A stretch of DNA of 64,000 bases from Octopus sinensis (taxonomy: Eukaryota), in the NCBI RefSeq assembly GCF_006345805.1, contig NW_021834230.1, positions 1 through 64,000 of the forward strand, read 5' to 3'. Below the pieces are notes generated by a model. The model was given only the letters and a program-made list of their open reading frames with translations. It did no database searches and had not been told where the DNA came from. Made by a program: the position numbers and the translations under genes. Positions within the stretch are counted from its first letter, which is position 1. The number at the start of each line of letters is the position of its first letter. This document shows positions 23,976-36,660 of this stretch, piece by piece.

Positions 23976-24545
23976 TTTCACTTACCTCAACAGGTCTTCA
24001 CAAGTATATATACATATATACGACAGGCTTCTTTCAGTTTCCATCTACCAAATCCACTCACAAGGCTTTGGTCGGCCCGAGGCTATAGTAGAAGACACTT
24101 GCCCAAGGTGTCACGCAGTGGGAATGAACCTGGAACCATGTGGTTGGTAAAAGATGATACTTACATATAAAAAATTAATTATATAAATATTTAAATATAA
24201 AAAAAAATACTTCAATATCTGCTTCTGCATTGAGGTTAATGAGCTGGTGCACTCGTTAGCGTGCCAGGAATAATGGCCAGCGACATTTTGTCTGTCTGTA
24301 TGTTCTGAGTTCAAATTCCCATCAGGGTTCGCTTTGCCTTTCATCCTTTCAGGAGTCAATAAAATAAGTACCAGTTATACACTGGGGTTGATGTAATTGA
24401 TTTACCCCCACCCCCTACCCAAAATTGCTGGTCATGTGCTAGAATTTGACCCCTATATTTGCATCTCTGCACTGCATTTCAGTTGATTTGATCTCCAATT
24501 GTCTTAGCCACATTCTTATATGTGTGTGTGCATATGTGGATAGCA

Positions 24546-24910
24546 GGAGGCGCAATGGCCCAGTGGTTAGGGCAGCGGACTCGCGGTCATAGGATCGCGG
24601 TTTCGATTCCCAGACCGGGCGTTGTGAGTGTTTATTGAGCGAAAACACCTAAAAGCTCTACGAGGCTCCAACAGGGGATGGTGGTGATCCCTGCTGTACT
24701 CTTTCACCACAACTTTCTGTTGTACCTGTATTTCAAAGGGCCGGCCTTGTCACTCTCTGTGTCACGCTGAATATCCCCGAGAACTACGTTAAGAGTGCAC
24801 GTGTCTGTGGAGTGCTCAGCCACTTACACATTAATTTCACGAGCAGGCTGTTCCATTGATTCGGATCAACCGGAACCCTCATCGTCGTAACCGACGGAGT
24901 GCTTCCATCC
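24546..24910 (+). mobile_element. SINE family B
   Basis: TSD ATGTGGATAGCA at 24534-24545 and 24911-24922. Confidence 0.9.
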
Positions 24911-25171
24911 ATGTGGATAGCATAGAACTGGAGTTAAACTTGAGGCTAATTAAATTTTACTAAATTCTTCATTATCTTCGAAATTAATTGAATCAAAAGT
25001 GTTCTAAATTAAAACTTTTCATCATAATTTTATGTTATTTTCTAAACACAAACACCAGCTTAATAACGATAGAACTATTTTACTAATTTAATTATTTTCA
25101 AAATTAATTGGAACTAACGAAGTGTTTATCTACAGCAATATGGTAACAAAAGGGTCAAAGTGATCTAAATA

Positions 25172-25376
25172 CTCTTTTTACTCTTTTCGTTTTTTCAGTC
25201 ATTTGACTGTGGCCATGCTGGAGCACCGCCTTTAATCGAGCAACTCAACCCCAGGACTTATTCTTTGTAAGCCCAGTACTTATTCTATCGGTCTCTTTTG
25301 CTGAAACCGCGCTAAGTTACGGGGATGTAAACACACCAGCATCGGTTGCCAAGCGATGCTGAGGGGACAAATACAG

Positions 25377-25434
<58 letters not shown>

Positions 25435-25595
25435 TATATATATATACGATGGGCTTCTTTTAGTTTCCGTCAACCAAATCCACTCACAAGGCTTTGGTCG
25501 GCCCGAGGCCATAGTAGAAGACACTTGCCCAAGGTGCCACGCAGTGGGACTGAACCCGGAACCATGTGGTTCGTAAGCAAGCTACTCCTGCGCCT
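25172..25595 (-). mobile_element. SINE family A
   Basis: Reverse complement match. Confidence 0.85.
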
Positions 25596-25816
25596 ATGAA
25601 AATTTCCTTACAAAGTTTTGTGTTTATTTATGTTCCAAATAATTTACTAACAACAAAGTTGCTTTACTAAATTCTTCATTATTTTCCAAATATTTGAAAC
25701 CAAGAATATTTCAACAGAATTTTGGTAACGGAACGGTCAATCAGCTATTTTCAATAAACTGTCTTTGGCAACAGAATGACAATCAGAAATTCTCGGTCTT
25801 GTTTGTGGTTCCACTA

Positions 25817-26193
25817 CTCTTTTACTCTTTTTACTCTTTTACTTGTTTCAGTCATTTTGACTGTGGCCATGCTGGAGCACCGCCTTTAATCGAGCAACTC
25901 GACCCCGGGACTTATTCTTTTGTAAGCAAAGTACTTATTCTATCGGTCTCTTTTGCTGAACCGCTAAGTAACGGGGACATAAACACACCAGCATCGGTTG
26001 TCAAGCAATGCTAGGGGGACAAACACAGACACACAAACACACACACGCATATATATATATATACGACGGGCTTCTTTCAGTTTCCGTCTACCAAATCCAC
26101 TCACAAGGCTTTGGGCAGCCAGAGGCTATAGTAGAAGACACTTGCCCAAGGTGCCACGCAGTGGGACTGAACCCGGAACCATGTGGTTGGCAA
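25817..26193 (-). mobile_element. SINE family A, 5' truncated
   Basis: Reverse complement match. Confidence 0.8.
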
Positions 26194-28166
26194 ACTTTTT
26201 TTTTTTTTTTGCTTTGTCTGTTTGTGGTTGGTGTGCGAAGGCACTTGTCTTTGCGGTTAGGGTGTTGCAGTCGCAATCACAAGGTCATGGTTTCAATTCT
26301 CAGACCAGGTGGGGCATCGTGCTTTTGAGGAAAAACCATGACGACCCCTTGATGCTGTCCTTAGACCTGTCAGGTTGTGTCGAACCTACAAACGCATGCT
26401 TGCACCACACAAGGACATTCAGTGATGTTGTTGTTGTTGTTGATGATGATGATGATGATGATTACCAGAGTCTCGAGGCACCTACAAAAGCCACGGGCAC
26501 TAAAGCTTCTCGGTGACTCCCCCATGATACCAGTCCTCGGAACCATCAGACCCTTCCAAGCTATCCAACCCATGCTAGCATGAAACAAGAACATTAAATA
26601 AACGATGATGATGATGATGATGATAATGAACCCTACTGATTCAGGAGGCCCTCAAGGGCCACGTGCACTGCCATTGGCACTCCCAAACCTAGCTAAAACA
26701 AAAAAAAAAACCCCATTAAAACTAAATATTTTTTTTTCAAATCTGATGTGTATATATTAACAAATATGCTGTAAGGTGTTATCAACAATTAATGTCTCTC
26801 ACTTATCATCAAATCTCTAACTACTCAGGAAAACTAATATTTTAAGGCAGTGGTTCCCAATTTTTTACAGTCACAACTTATTTGGGTGACTCAATGATTA
26901 TTCTAAGACTTATTTTTTTAATTAACAAATCCCATAAAGGGGTGCATTTTACATTTTATACTTAATTTTTGGAAAAAATATTTCCTTTGTTTTTGTTTGC
27001 AGTAAATGTTGTGTTTGTAACCCGTACGTCTGTGGTTTTTATTTATTTTTTTCTTTTTGCTTCATTCATTGCACTGTGGCCATGCTGGAGCAACACTTTG
27101 AAAGGTTTAGTTAAATAAATCAACCCCACCCCTCAATACTTATTGAGTTGAGTATTTATTCTATCTTTTATTCATCCTCTTTTGTTGAGCTAAGTTACAA
27201 GGATGTAAATAAACCAACACTAGTTGTCACATGGTGAAGAAAGGACAAACACAAAGACCCACTACACACACACACAGAACGGGCTTCTTTCAGTTTCTGT
27301 CTACCAAATCTACTCACAAGGTTTTCGTTGGCTCAGGGCTATAGTAGGAGACACTTACCCAAGGTGCCATGCAATGGGAGTGAACCTGGAACTATGTGGT
27401 TGGTAAGTGAATGTGTAACCACACACCCATGCCTGCACCTGTGCATCCTGGTGCACTGTCAGAAATAAGGACGAGGGTTCCAGTCGCTCCCGGTCCATGG
27501 AACAGCCTGCTCATGAAATTAACAAGCAAGTGGCTGAGTACTCCACAGACATGTGTACCTTTAACGTAGTTTTCAGGGAGATTCAGCATGACACAGAATG
27601 TAACACAGTGGGCCCTAGTGAATTACAGGTACAGTTTATTTTTGCCAGCTGAGTGGACTGGAGCAATGTGAAATAAAGTGTCTTGCTCAAGGAGACAACT
27701 TGGCACCAGGATTTGAACTCATGACCTTACAATTGTGAGCTGAATACGATAACCACTAAACCATTGACCTATGTGTATAACATATTTAACCTTTTCACAT
27801 TTAAACTGGCCAAAATAGTCTGACATTTTTATGTTCAAACTGACTAGATCTAACCTTTCACACCTACCCTACAATGTCATTCTAAATCTAAACGATCACA
27901 TATTTGAAATCTCAATACAACAAGATAATCCACACATCCTTTAAGGCCCTCATGCTTTCCGAAATCCGCCGAAACTACACCTGATTGTCCCCCTTCCATA
28001 CTCATACACATATGTGTATGTCATGACTCATGCACTGTTCTTTTCCTGACGCTTGTACATTACCCTATGTACTATACACACACTTTAGATGAGTTGTGGT
28101 GCACCTGAGCACTGTACACAATGTTTTATTATTATTATTTTTAATGCAAAACAACGTGAATAAATA

Positions 28167-28590
28167 CCGTAAATCCTCGAGTATAATCCGCATTTTTCCC
28201 CCAAATTTAAAGGTCAAAATCCCTAGTGTGTACTATATACGAGGTTAAAAATGAAAATTATTTTCTAAGCAATGTCCGAGTCTCTATTTGCTGTCTGGCA
28301 ATGTTTATTCAGACGCATTTTGTGATGTCGGGCGTGAAAATACCTTAAGCTAAGCCTGAAAGCAATGAAGTCATAAAAGAATCCTCCATAACTTGCAGTA
28401 AGCAACATTTATTAAACGTTATTACTGTTATTTCTTTATTTTCTGCAAACAAAATGCACAAAAAAGCTACACGTTTGCATTATGTGAAATATACAATAAT
28501 AATAAAGGACGTTACTGTATACAGTTTTACAAACCAAGGACGTTATATAGACCTCCTTGACTCAAGTTAGAGAAGGGTGCGTATTATACA
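28167..28590 (+). mobile_element. Tc2/pogo-like non-autonomous DNA element, right end damaged
   Basis: TA + CCGTAAATCCTCGAGTATAATCCGCA left end; partial mirror GTGCGTATTATAC near 28578. Confidence 0.4.
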
Positions 28591-28789
28591 ATAAATCCAG
28601 GTAAGTGGAAAGAAGTTAAAAGCAATTAAGAACAAGAAAAGGTGAAAAGATCTTTGGAATTTTTACCTATTTTTTCAAGAACTCTCAACTAACTTGGCAT
28701 CAGTACTTTGTTTCTATAATTACAAATAGGACGAATAAAGTAAAAGACTCTTTTTGGTCATATTCTGAATGCCTTACTTCCTTGGGCAT

Positions 28790-29205
28790 GGATACATTGA
28801 AACTCCGACGTCTGGCAGCTGACTTGGTAGACACCCATAAAATTATTAACCATCTTACAAACAATAACTCTGAGCACCTTTTCAAACTCCACCTGTCTAA
28901 GACCCATGGACATGTTTACAAAGTCAGAAAACAGCACAGCTGAGAGTTGCTGAAACATGGAACAAACTGCCGGCATCAGTTGTTAGTTGTCGGAGCACTG
29001 CATCCTTCAAAACTTCCATGCTTCCTGAGATTCACCAACACTACACCTGATTTTCTTCCCTCCATACACATGCAGACATGTATCTGACTCATACATTGTT
29101 CACTTCCCAGACATTTGTACATTACTGCATATGCTTTATATGCACTTTTGACAAGTTGTGGTGCACCTGAGCACTGTATACAATAATTTCATTATTATTA
29201 TTATT
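28790..29205 (+). mobile_element. CR1 3' fragment, same family as 16655-17160
   Basis: Clear nucleotide similarity; (ATT)n tail. Confidence 0.75.
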
Positions 29206-29229
29206 ATTAATGACCATTGGATTATACCT

Positions 29230-29522
29230 ACAAAGTCCCTCCCCAAGGCACAAGTCCGGGCAAGGTTTTATGGAAGACCAGCAGTCACCCATGCATACCA
29301 GGTTCCTGTCTCCACACCACTGATGTTATCCAAGGGAAAGGCAAAGGGGTCGATACAGCTTGGCACCCGTGATGTCACAACTCATTTCTATGGTTAACTG
29401 AATAGGAGCAATGTGAAATAAAGTGTCTTGCTCAAGAACACAACATATATCCTGGTCTGGGAATCGAACTCACAATCTCATGATTGTGAGCCCAACGCTC
29501 TAACCACTGAGCCATGCACCTT
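29230..29522 (-). mobile_element. Additional tRNA-headed SINE (GGTGCATGGCTCAGTGGTTAGAGCG head; TTCTTGAGCAAGACACTT core)
   Basis: A/B boxes; related copies at ~30055-30295, ~27630-27770 and ~46330-46450. Confidence 0.65.
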
Positions 29523-29615
29523 CACACACACATTAAGGGCAAAGGGTTAAAACCTCCTTCAGTCATGAATGACCATCAGATTAGTAACCCTCTGAGGCAC
29601 AAGTCCGAGTAAGGT

Positions 29616-30050
29616 CAGTTAGTTAATTATTTGGCTCAAAAAGCAAAAAGCAAGGCCATGTAGGGGGACATGGAGTTATGTACAGGGTTGTATTCATGTA
29701 AAGAGCTCAGGCCACTTGAGGTCAAGGGAGACCTTGAACCGAGCGGTCGTCGGCATCTTCACCATCTCGTCCGGCAGCTTATTCCACGGATCCGCAACCC
29801 GGACGGAGAAAGCCCCTCTCCTTCGATTGAGATGAAATCGTCATAGATAGAGCTTTTCGGAATGATCCCGCAGCCGACGCTCTGGAGCAGGAGTGAAGAA
29901 CAGCTCTTTCGAGAGGTTACACTTTCCGCTTATGATGTTGTGAGCAAGAATGAGATCTCCACGGCGTCGTCGTTTTTCTAGAGAATAAAGGTCGAGCGTC
30001 TTCAGCCTTTCTTCATAAGACAAATGCTTGAGACCAAGAACCATGCGGGT
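29616..30050 (-). mobile_element. Second CR1 family 3' fragment inserted in a SINE
   Basis: GLKHLSYEERLKTLDLYSLEKRRRRGDLI..FSVRVADPWNKLP; shorter + strand copy at ~45113-45270. Confidence 0.85.
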
Positions 30051-30347
30051 TGTTTATGGAAGACCAGCAGTCGCCCATGCATACCAGCCTCCACTCTCCA
30101 TTGTTATCCAAGGAAATGTCAAAGGCTGACACACCTGTGACATTGCAACTCATTTCTGAAACTGAGTAGAACTGGAGTAAAAGGGAAATAAATTGTCTTG
30201 CTCAAGAACACAACACACAGCTAGGTCTGGGAATCGAACTCACAACCTCATGATTGTGGGCTCAGTGCACTTACCATTGAGCCATGCACCTTCACTGTAG
30301 AAAAATATACCTGTATTTGTCCACAATATGACAAATATAGGTATAGC

Positions 30348-30733
30348 AAATACCTATTTCTTTACTATCCACAAGGGGCTAAACACAGAGGGGACAAACA
30401 AGTACAGACATACGGATTAAGTCGATTACATCGACCCCAGTGCGTAACTGGTGCTTAATTTAATCGACCCCGAAAGGATGAAGGCAAAGTCAACCTCGGC
30501 GGAATTTGAACTCAGAATGTAAAGGCAGACGAAATACCTATTTCTTTACTACCCAAGGGGCTAAACACAGAGGGGACAAACAAGGGCAGACAAAGGGATT
30601 AAGTCGATTATATCGACCCCAGTGCGTAACTAGTACTTAATTTATCGACCTCGGCGGAATTTGAACTCAGAACATAACGGCAGAGGAAATACCGCTAAGC
30701 ATTTCGCCCGGCGTGCTAACGTTTCTGCCGTGC
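30348..30733 (-). mobile_element. SINE family C multimer
   Basis: Units joined at GAAATACCTATTTC. Confidence 0.75.
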
Positions 30734-31054
30734 CTCTAATGAATGGGTCAGAATTACTAAATGACAGTTAAGGGGAGATAATCTCAAGAATCCCGATTTC
30801 CTCAAAACTGATTTGGCAATGAGGGAAATGATGGAATTGTTTTAATTAATTAATTAGTAATTAATAATTCCACCAAGTAGTATTCGACATGTTAAAAGGA
30901 CCATTTTCAGTAAACTTAAACATTATTATTATTTTTTTTATTTATATAATTATGAGTTTAATTATAATTAGGGTTCACCAAAAAATGTTAGGTATGTGGC
31001 GAAGCAAATTTTTTGACTGAACCTTAATTATAATTATACTCATAATTATATTTT

Positions 31055-31093
<39 letters not shown>

Positions 31094-31095
<2 letters not shown>

Positions 31096-31478
31096 TTACT
31101 CTTTTACTTGTTTCAGTCATTTGACTGCGGCCATGCTGGAGCACCGCCTTTAGTCGAGCAAATCGACCCCGGGACTTACTCTTTGTAAGCCCAGTACTTA
31201 TTCTATCGGTCTCTTTTTGCCGAACCGCTAAGTGATGGGGACGTAAACACACCAGCATCGGTTGTCAAGCAATGCTAGGAGGACAAACACAGCAGACACA
31301 CACATACATATATACGACAGGCTTCTTTCAGTTTCCGTCTCCCAAATCCACTCACAAGGCATTGGTCGGCCCGGGGCTATAGCAGAAGACACTTTCCCAA
31401 GATGCCACGCAGTGGGACTGAACCCGGGACCATGTGGTTGGTTAGCAAGCTACTTACCACACAGCCACTCCTACGCCT
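31094..31478 (-). mobile_element. SINE family A
   Basis: Reverse complement match. Confidence 0.85.
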
Positions 31479-31545
31479 ATGTATGTATATATATGTATAT
31501 ATATATATGTATATATGTATATATATATATATATATATAGATATA

Positions 31546-31588
<43 letters not shown>

Positions 31589-31714
31589 TATATAATATGT
31601 ATATATATATGTATATATATATGTATATATATAGTATATATGTATATATATATATGTATATATATATATATACATATATAGTATATATATATGTATATGT
31701 ATATATATCTATAT

Positions 31715-31751
<37 letters not shown>

Positions 31752-31872
31752 GGTCGGGTTGATCCGGGGTTTAACCACATAGTAAGGTACTCAATACATA
31801 GCAGAGTAAAATTCTGAGGATTTCTCTTGATGAAACAGTGCTAGTCCTGTAGAAGCTCCTTCTATATAATAA

Positions 31873-31908
<36 letters not shown>

Positions 31909-32150
31909 ATTATTATTATTCACTAAGTAATTTCGGTATAGAAAAGGACCATATTCGTAAAAACTTATACAAGAAGTTTTGTATATAATTATAACAATAA
32001 TTAAGGGTTCCTTCCTTTTTGCCTGTGAGTTACAGAGAGGGTTGTCTGTGGGGTCATATTTTGTAGCGAAAAGAATAACGGTCTTTTGGCTGCTATTTCT
32101 AATTTTTCGGTATGAGGTTAAGCAACTCGTTGCTAAAACCTTAATTATTG

Positions 32151-32200
<50 letters not shown>

Positions 32201-32299
32201 ATCGACGAGTCACAACTAGCTAGCGAGTACGCGAGTGCGCGCACCGGGACCACTCTTCTTAATAGTACCCGAATTCTTAGAGATTTCAATCCATCTGTT

Positions 32300-33558
32300 A
32301 CCACACCTTGGGTTCTTCATTCATTTTCTTCCTTGCGCTTGTGTATTCACGAATGAGTCCATTACCTTCATAAGTAGACGGGACAACAGTAACACTTGGT
32401 TTTAGGTTCCCTCCTATTTCATTTTCTTCTATAATTCTGTTGGTTCTCAGCATCAGGTTCAGAAATAATCTCCTATATGTTTGTTCAGCATACTTCCTTA
32501 AATGTTGTTCGTTAAAAAATAGAAAAGGTCCAGAAATTGACTCACTTTAAATTTCCTTGGTTATGTAAATACCTCAGAAGTCAAGCTTTCGACATTTCTT
32601 CTCTTATTATATCTATGCAGCGCGCAAATAGCCTTCAAAAGAATTTCTACTGAATGCAGAATTTCATATTGTAAATTGAGAGATTTCCATTCTTCGTCAG
32701 CGATGGGCATCTGTGGAAAGTTCTGCAAGTAGAGCATTTGGAAAGCAGCTTTTCAGTTCCAAAAATCTCTCAATCATATGGAATGAGCCATTCCCCGAGT
32801 TCTGCAATCCAGTAGAAGTTTATATTCTCTCTTCTCACAAGTTCGCTCCTACAAAATCTTGCAAAATTCATTTTTTCTCGGAGATTTACGGAAAAGTTTT
32901 GAAATTTTACTTACCTTATTTAAAACTTTGTTAATTTCAGGTTTTAGCTGGGGAAAACAAGCATTTTCGTGAGCCAAATCTGTTTGACAAAGTATGTCTT
33001 GTTGGCTTATGTCAGCTTCATCATCACTGTCGTCTGTTATGGGGATCACCATCGTCTGTTATGGCGGTCACTATCGTCTGTTATGGCGGTCACTGTCGTC
33101 TGTTATGGCGATCTCTTCACTTTTTTTATCAAAAAATTTCGTGTTACTTCCTTGAAATGAATCTGGAACTGGTTATTACATATGCTCAACGGGAAAGATC
33201 ACCCGCCTGAAGACTAACAGCATCCCCTTGACTTGCTATGAATAAACTCAGTTACCTGCAAATTCAAAGAGTCAGCCAGGGGTTAGCGAAGGAGGTGACA
33301 AGGTGCTGATCTAAGGTTCAAGGGGAAAGAAGGTGAGGATATGTTGCAATATGTTTCAATGAAACAGACAGCACTCTCAACTAAAGGCGACCGACAACAG
33401 TTCAGTTAGTTCAGTTTCAACGATATTTCTTGAAAAGAAAAATTGGAGAAATGTTTTGCGAAAAAAAAACCCCAAAAAACCCAGCATGCCTTAAAATCGG
33501 TTTTAGCAAATCGGTTTCGGTTTTATTGATCATAATATAAAACCGGTTTTGAGGCCTA
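32300..33558 (-). pseudogene. hAT transposase fossil with one terminal region
   Basis: Minus strand INKVLNKVSKISKLFRKSP.KNE, LLLDCRTR(G)N..FHMIERFLEL, DEEWKSL; end TAGGCCTCAAAACCGG with subterminal AACCG repeats at ~33495-33558. Confidence 0.65.
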
Positions 33559-33970
33559 CTTAGAACCTCATGATTGTGGGCTCAATGCGCTAACCATTGA
33601 GCCATGCACCTTCACTATAGAAAAATATACCTGTATTTGTCCACAATAGGACAAATACAGGTATAGCAAATACCATACAATATAAATTCTTGATTTATTA
33701 AATTGATCTGTGCCTCTAATGAATGGGTCAGAATTACTAATTGACAGTTAAGGGGAGATAATCTCAAAGATCCAGATTTCCTCAAAACTGATTTGGCTGT
33801 GAGGAAAATGATGGAATTTCTTGTCTGGAGATGAGGAGGACAGTCAGGGACATCCGTTTCTGATTCTGTAGCTATCCTTTGGCTTAATAATTAAATGTCT
33901 GACTTCTAGAAGATGTATCATAGTGTCTCTCTATCTCTTTGTATGTGTGTGTGTGTGTTGTGTGTGTGTG

Positions 33971-34003
<33 letters not shown>

Positions 34004-34911
34004 TTTATAATTAGGGTTCAGCAAAGATTTGCTTTATCACATACCGAAGTTTAGAAATAGCAGCCAAAAAACCTTAGCTATTTCTTCTACTTTAAAAAGG
34101 GACTCCCAGAAAAACACCATTCGGCATGTTAAAAGGACCATTTTCGGTATAGGAGTATAATTATAATTAGGGTTCAGCAAAAAAAGTTCGGTTTGTGGCG
34201 AAGCAAATTTTTTTGCTGAACCCTAATTGTAATTATACTTATAATTATATTTATATAAAAAAATTATATATATATATATGTATATAATTAAAAAATTAAG
34301 CAATTGAAAAATTAAAATTAAGAATAAAAATAAAAATGAAATTAAAAATTTAATTTATGCATTGTCATTCTCATCAGTGAAGAAGTTTAATAAGATGAAG
34401 TAGAATGAGATAAAAATGAAATAAAATGAAAATAAAATAAGGTACAATTGAGAAATGAGTACGGTATCAGGTGGACGTGAGATGTGCTAAAAATAACAGC
34501 TAAATAGTGCCTAAGTTACACACATACACGAAGAAATACTTTTTAGTTTTGAATAATCTTATGAATTGCCGTGTGTAGAACACAAATCCTTTTTGAAAAT
34601 CCCCCCCCCAAAAAAAATTACGAGGGATTATATAGGGTGCTTAAAGCAGAACTCTGCCAAAAAGTAATTAATTCAACACCCAAGTGCCTTAATTGGTCGC
34701 ATACCACAACGTTTAACGGAATCTATTGAAACAAGTCAACAGGTATAAACTGTTGTGAAATTAAACTTTTTTTTCGTCAGGTTCGGTTAAAATTATAAAC
34801 AGTGGTCGCGGTGCGCGCACTCGCGTAGTCGCGCATCCACGCTAGCTAGTCATGACTAGTCGATCCTTACTTTGTGTTTTTGTGTTATTTACTTTGTGGG
34901 GAAAAAAATGG

Positions 34912-35317
34912 ATCTTTTCGGTTTGAACGGCAGTTTTTCCTAGCGGTGTCATATGAAATAGTCACCCATAATTATGACCCTAGTATCAATCTATTGCATT
35001 TCAATCTCTTTTAGGGTTAGTATTAGTTAGGGTTAGGATTAGGGGTGGGAGGAATGGTATCTTTTTTTTCTTCACAAATGTAAATAAACCCAATCTGTTT
35101 CTTAAACGAGGGACATATTCATACGGCACAGAATGTTTTCACCTCAATAGACGTCATTGATTGGTTGAAATTGCAGAGATTGAAGAAAAACAACAACAAA
35201 TATCTTATAAACTATAGAAAAAGATGTTTTATAAGCACATTCGACCAGTATATGAAGTTTAAAATTTTTTAGTTACCTAGAAATTATGTTAAAAACTGCC
35301 GGTCAAACCGAAAAGAT
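34912..35317. mobile_element. MITE with ~28-bp TIRs and an internal TTAGGG-like run
   Basis: ATCTTTTCGGTTTGAACGGCAGTTTTT / AAAAACTGCCGGTCAAACCGAAAAGAT. Confidence 0.75.
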
Positions 35318-35674
35318 TAAAAAAAATTATTTATTTTGTGTTTTATTTATTTTACGAGGTAGTCGTTGTAGGATCGACTAGTCACTACTAGCTAGTGCGG
35401 ATGCGGGAGTACACGAGTGCGCGCACCTGACCACTGTTCTTAACAAGTGCCCTGAAACAAGTCGACACGTATAAACTGTTGTAAAATTAGAGACTTTTTT
35501 TTTTTTCATCAGGTTGGGTTAAAATTATAAACCCAATTAACACCATCTTAAGCTACCCCAGACCAATTAGAAATATTACATAATTAAAAACAGCAATTTA
35601 TAATTAAGAGTTTCACAAACGACATTCCTATATATATATATATATTGCTGGTTATCTCCCCTTTGATAATACTA

Positions 35675-35702
35675 CTTCCTTTTCCGGTTTAACATCATTC
35701 GT
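35675..35702 (+). promoter_or_regulatory. RPL13: Putative RPL13 TCT/5'TOP start and non-coding exon 1
   Basis: CTTCCTTTTCC pyrimidine tract followed by donor GTGAGT at 35703; an acceptor 8 nt before the ATG (39337) implies an upstream exon. Confidence 0.65.
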
Positions 35703-36611
35703 GTGAGTAGAGCATCTTCTCGATCCTTCAATATTTTCACAAAATCCCTTTTCATCTTGTTGCGAAAACATATAATTTAAACGTATTTTGATTACATTTC
35801 TCTAACTAATTCCCCCAAATTTCATTTTGCCGTATTTTCATCCCTAAAACCTTTAATAATAACCGATTTTTTATCCACACTTTTCTCTCCTGCCTCCACC
35901 GACCGCATTGAGGATTCCTCGAATTTTTCTTCGGTCGTTTTTTTTCCATTTAATTTGTTTTAAAACCATTTATATATATATTTCCTATGCTTCAAATGAA
36001 ATAATTAAGATTTACAATGCATATAAACCCTGATTCTTCATCAAAATTGCCAGCAATCGAAGAGAAATTCTTCTCCAGTCGCACATGTCAGCAATCAGCT
36101 TCGACTTTCTTCGCAGTCCAAAGATCTTTTTTATCTCATTCTATTATATATAGGTACTTGTATCGCAGAGATCCTTTCGGGGTCGATAAATTAAGTACCA
36201 GTTACGCACTGGGGTCGATGTAATCGACTTAATACCTATGTCTGTCCTTGTTTGTCCCCTCTATGTTTAGTCCCTTGTGGGTAGTAAAGAAATAGGTATT
36301 ATATATATGTGTGTAGATATGGCCAGGGTACATTTTGGGAACAAGTTGGATTCAATATTTAATACAGTTGAGTGTATATTGATTGACGAAGGCCTTAACC
36401 ATTCACCAAGATTATATATATATATGGATGGAAGCACTCCGTCGGTTGCGACGATTAGGGTTCCGGTTGATCCGATCAACGGAACAGCCTGCTCGTGAAA
36501 TTAACGTGCAAGTGGCTGAGCACTCCACAGACACGTGTACCCATAACGTAGTTCTCGGGGATATTCAGCGTGACACAGAGAGTGACAAGGCCGGTCCTTT
36601 GAAATACAGGT

Positions 36612-36660
<49 letters not shown>

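Noticed and set aside
35011-35045. Interstitial telomere (TTAGGG-like)
   Set aside because: Only a few degenerate units, internal to a TIR-bounded MITE
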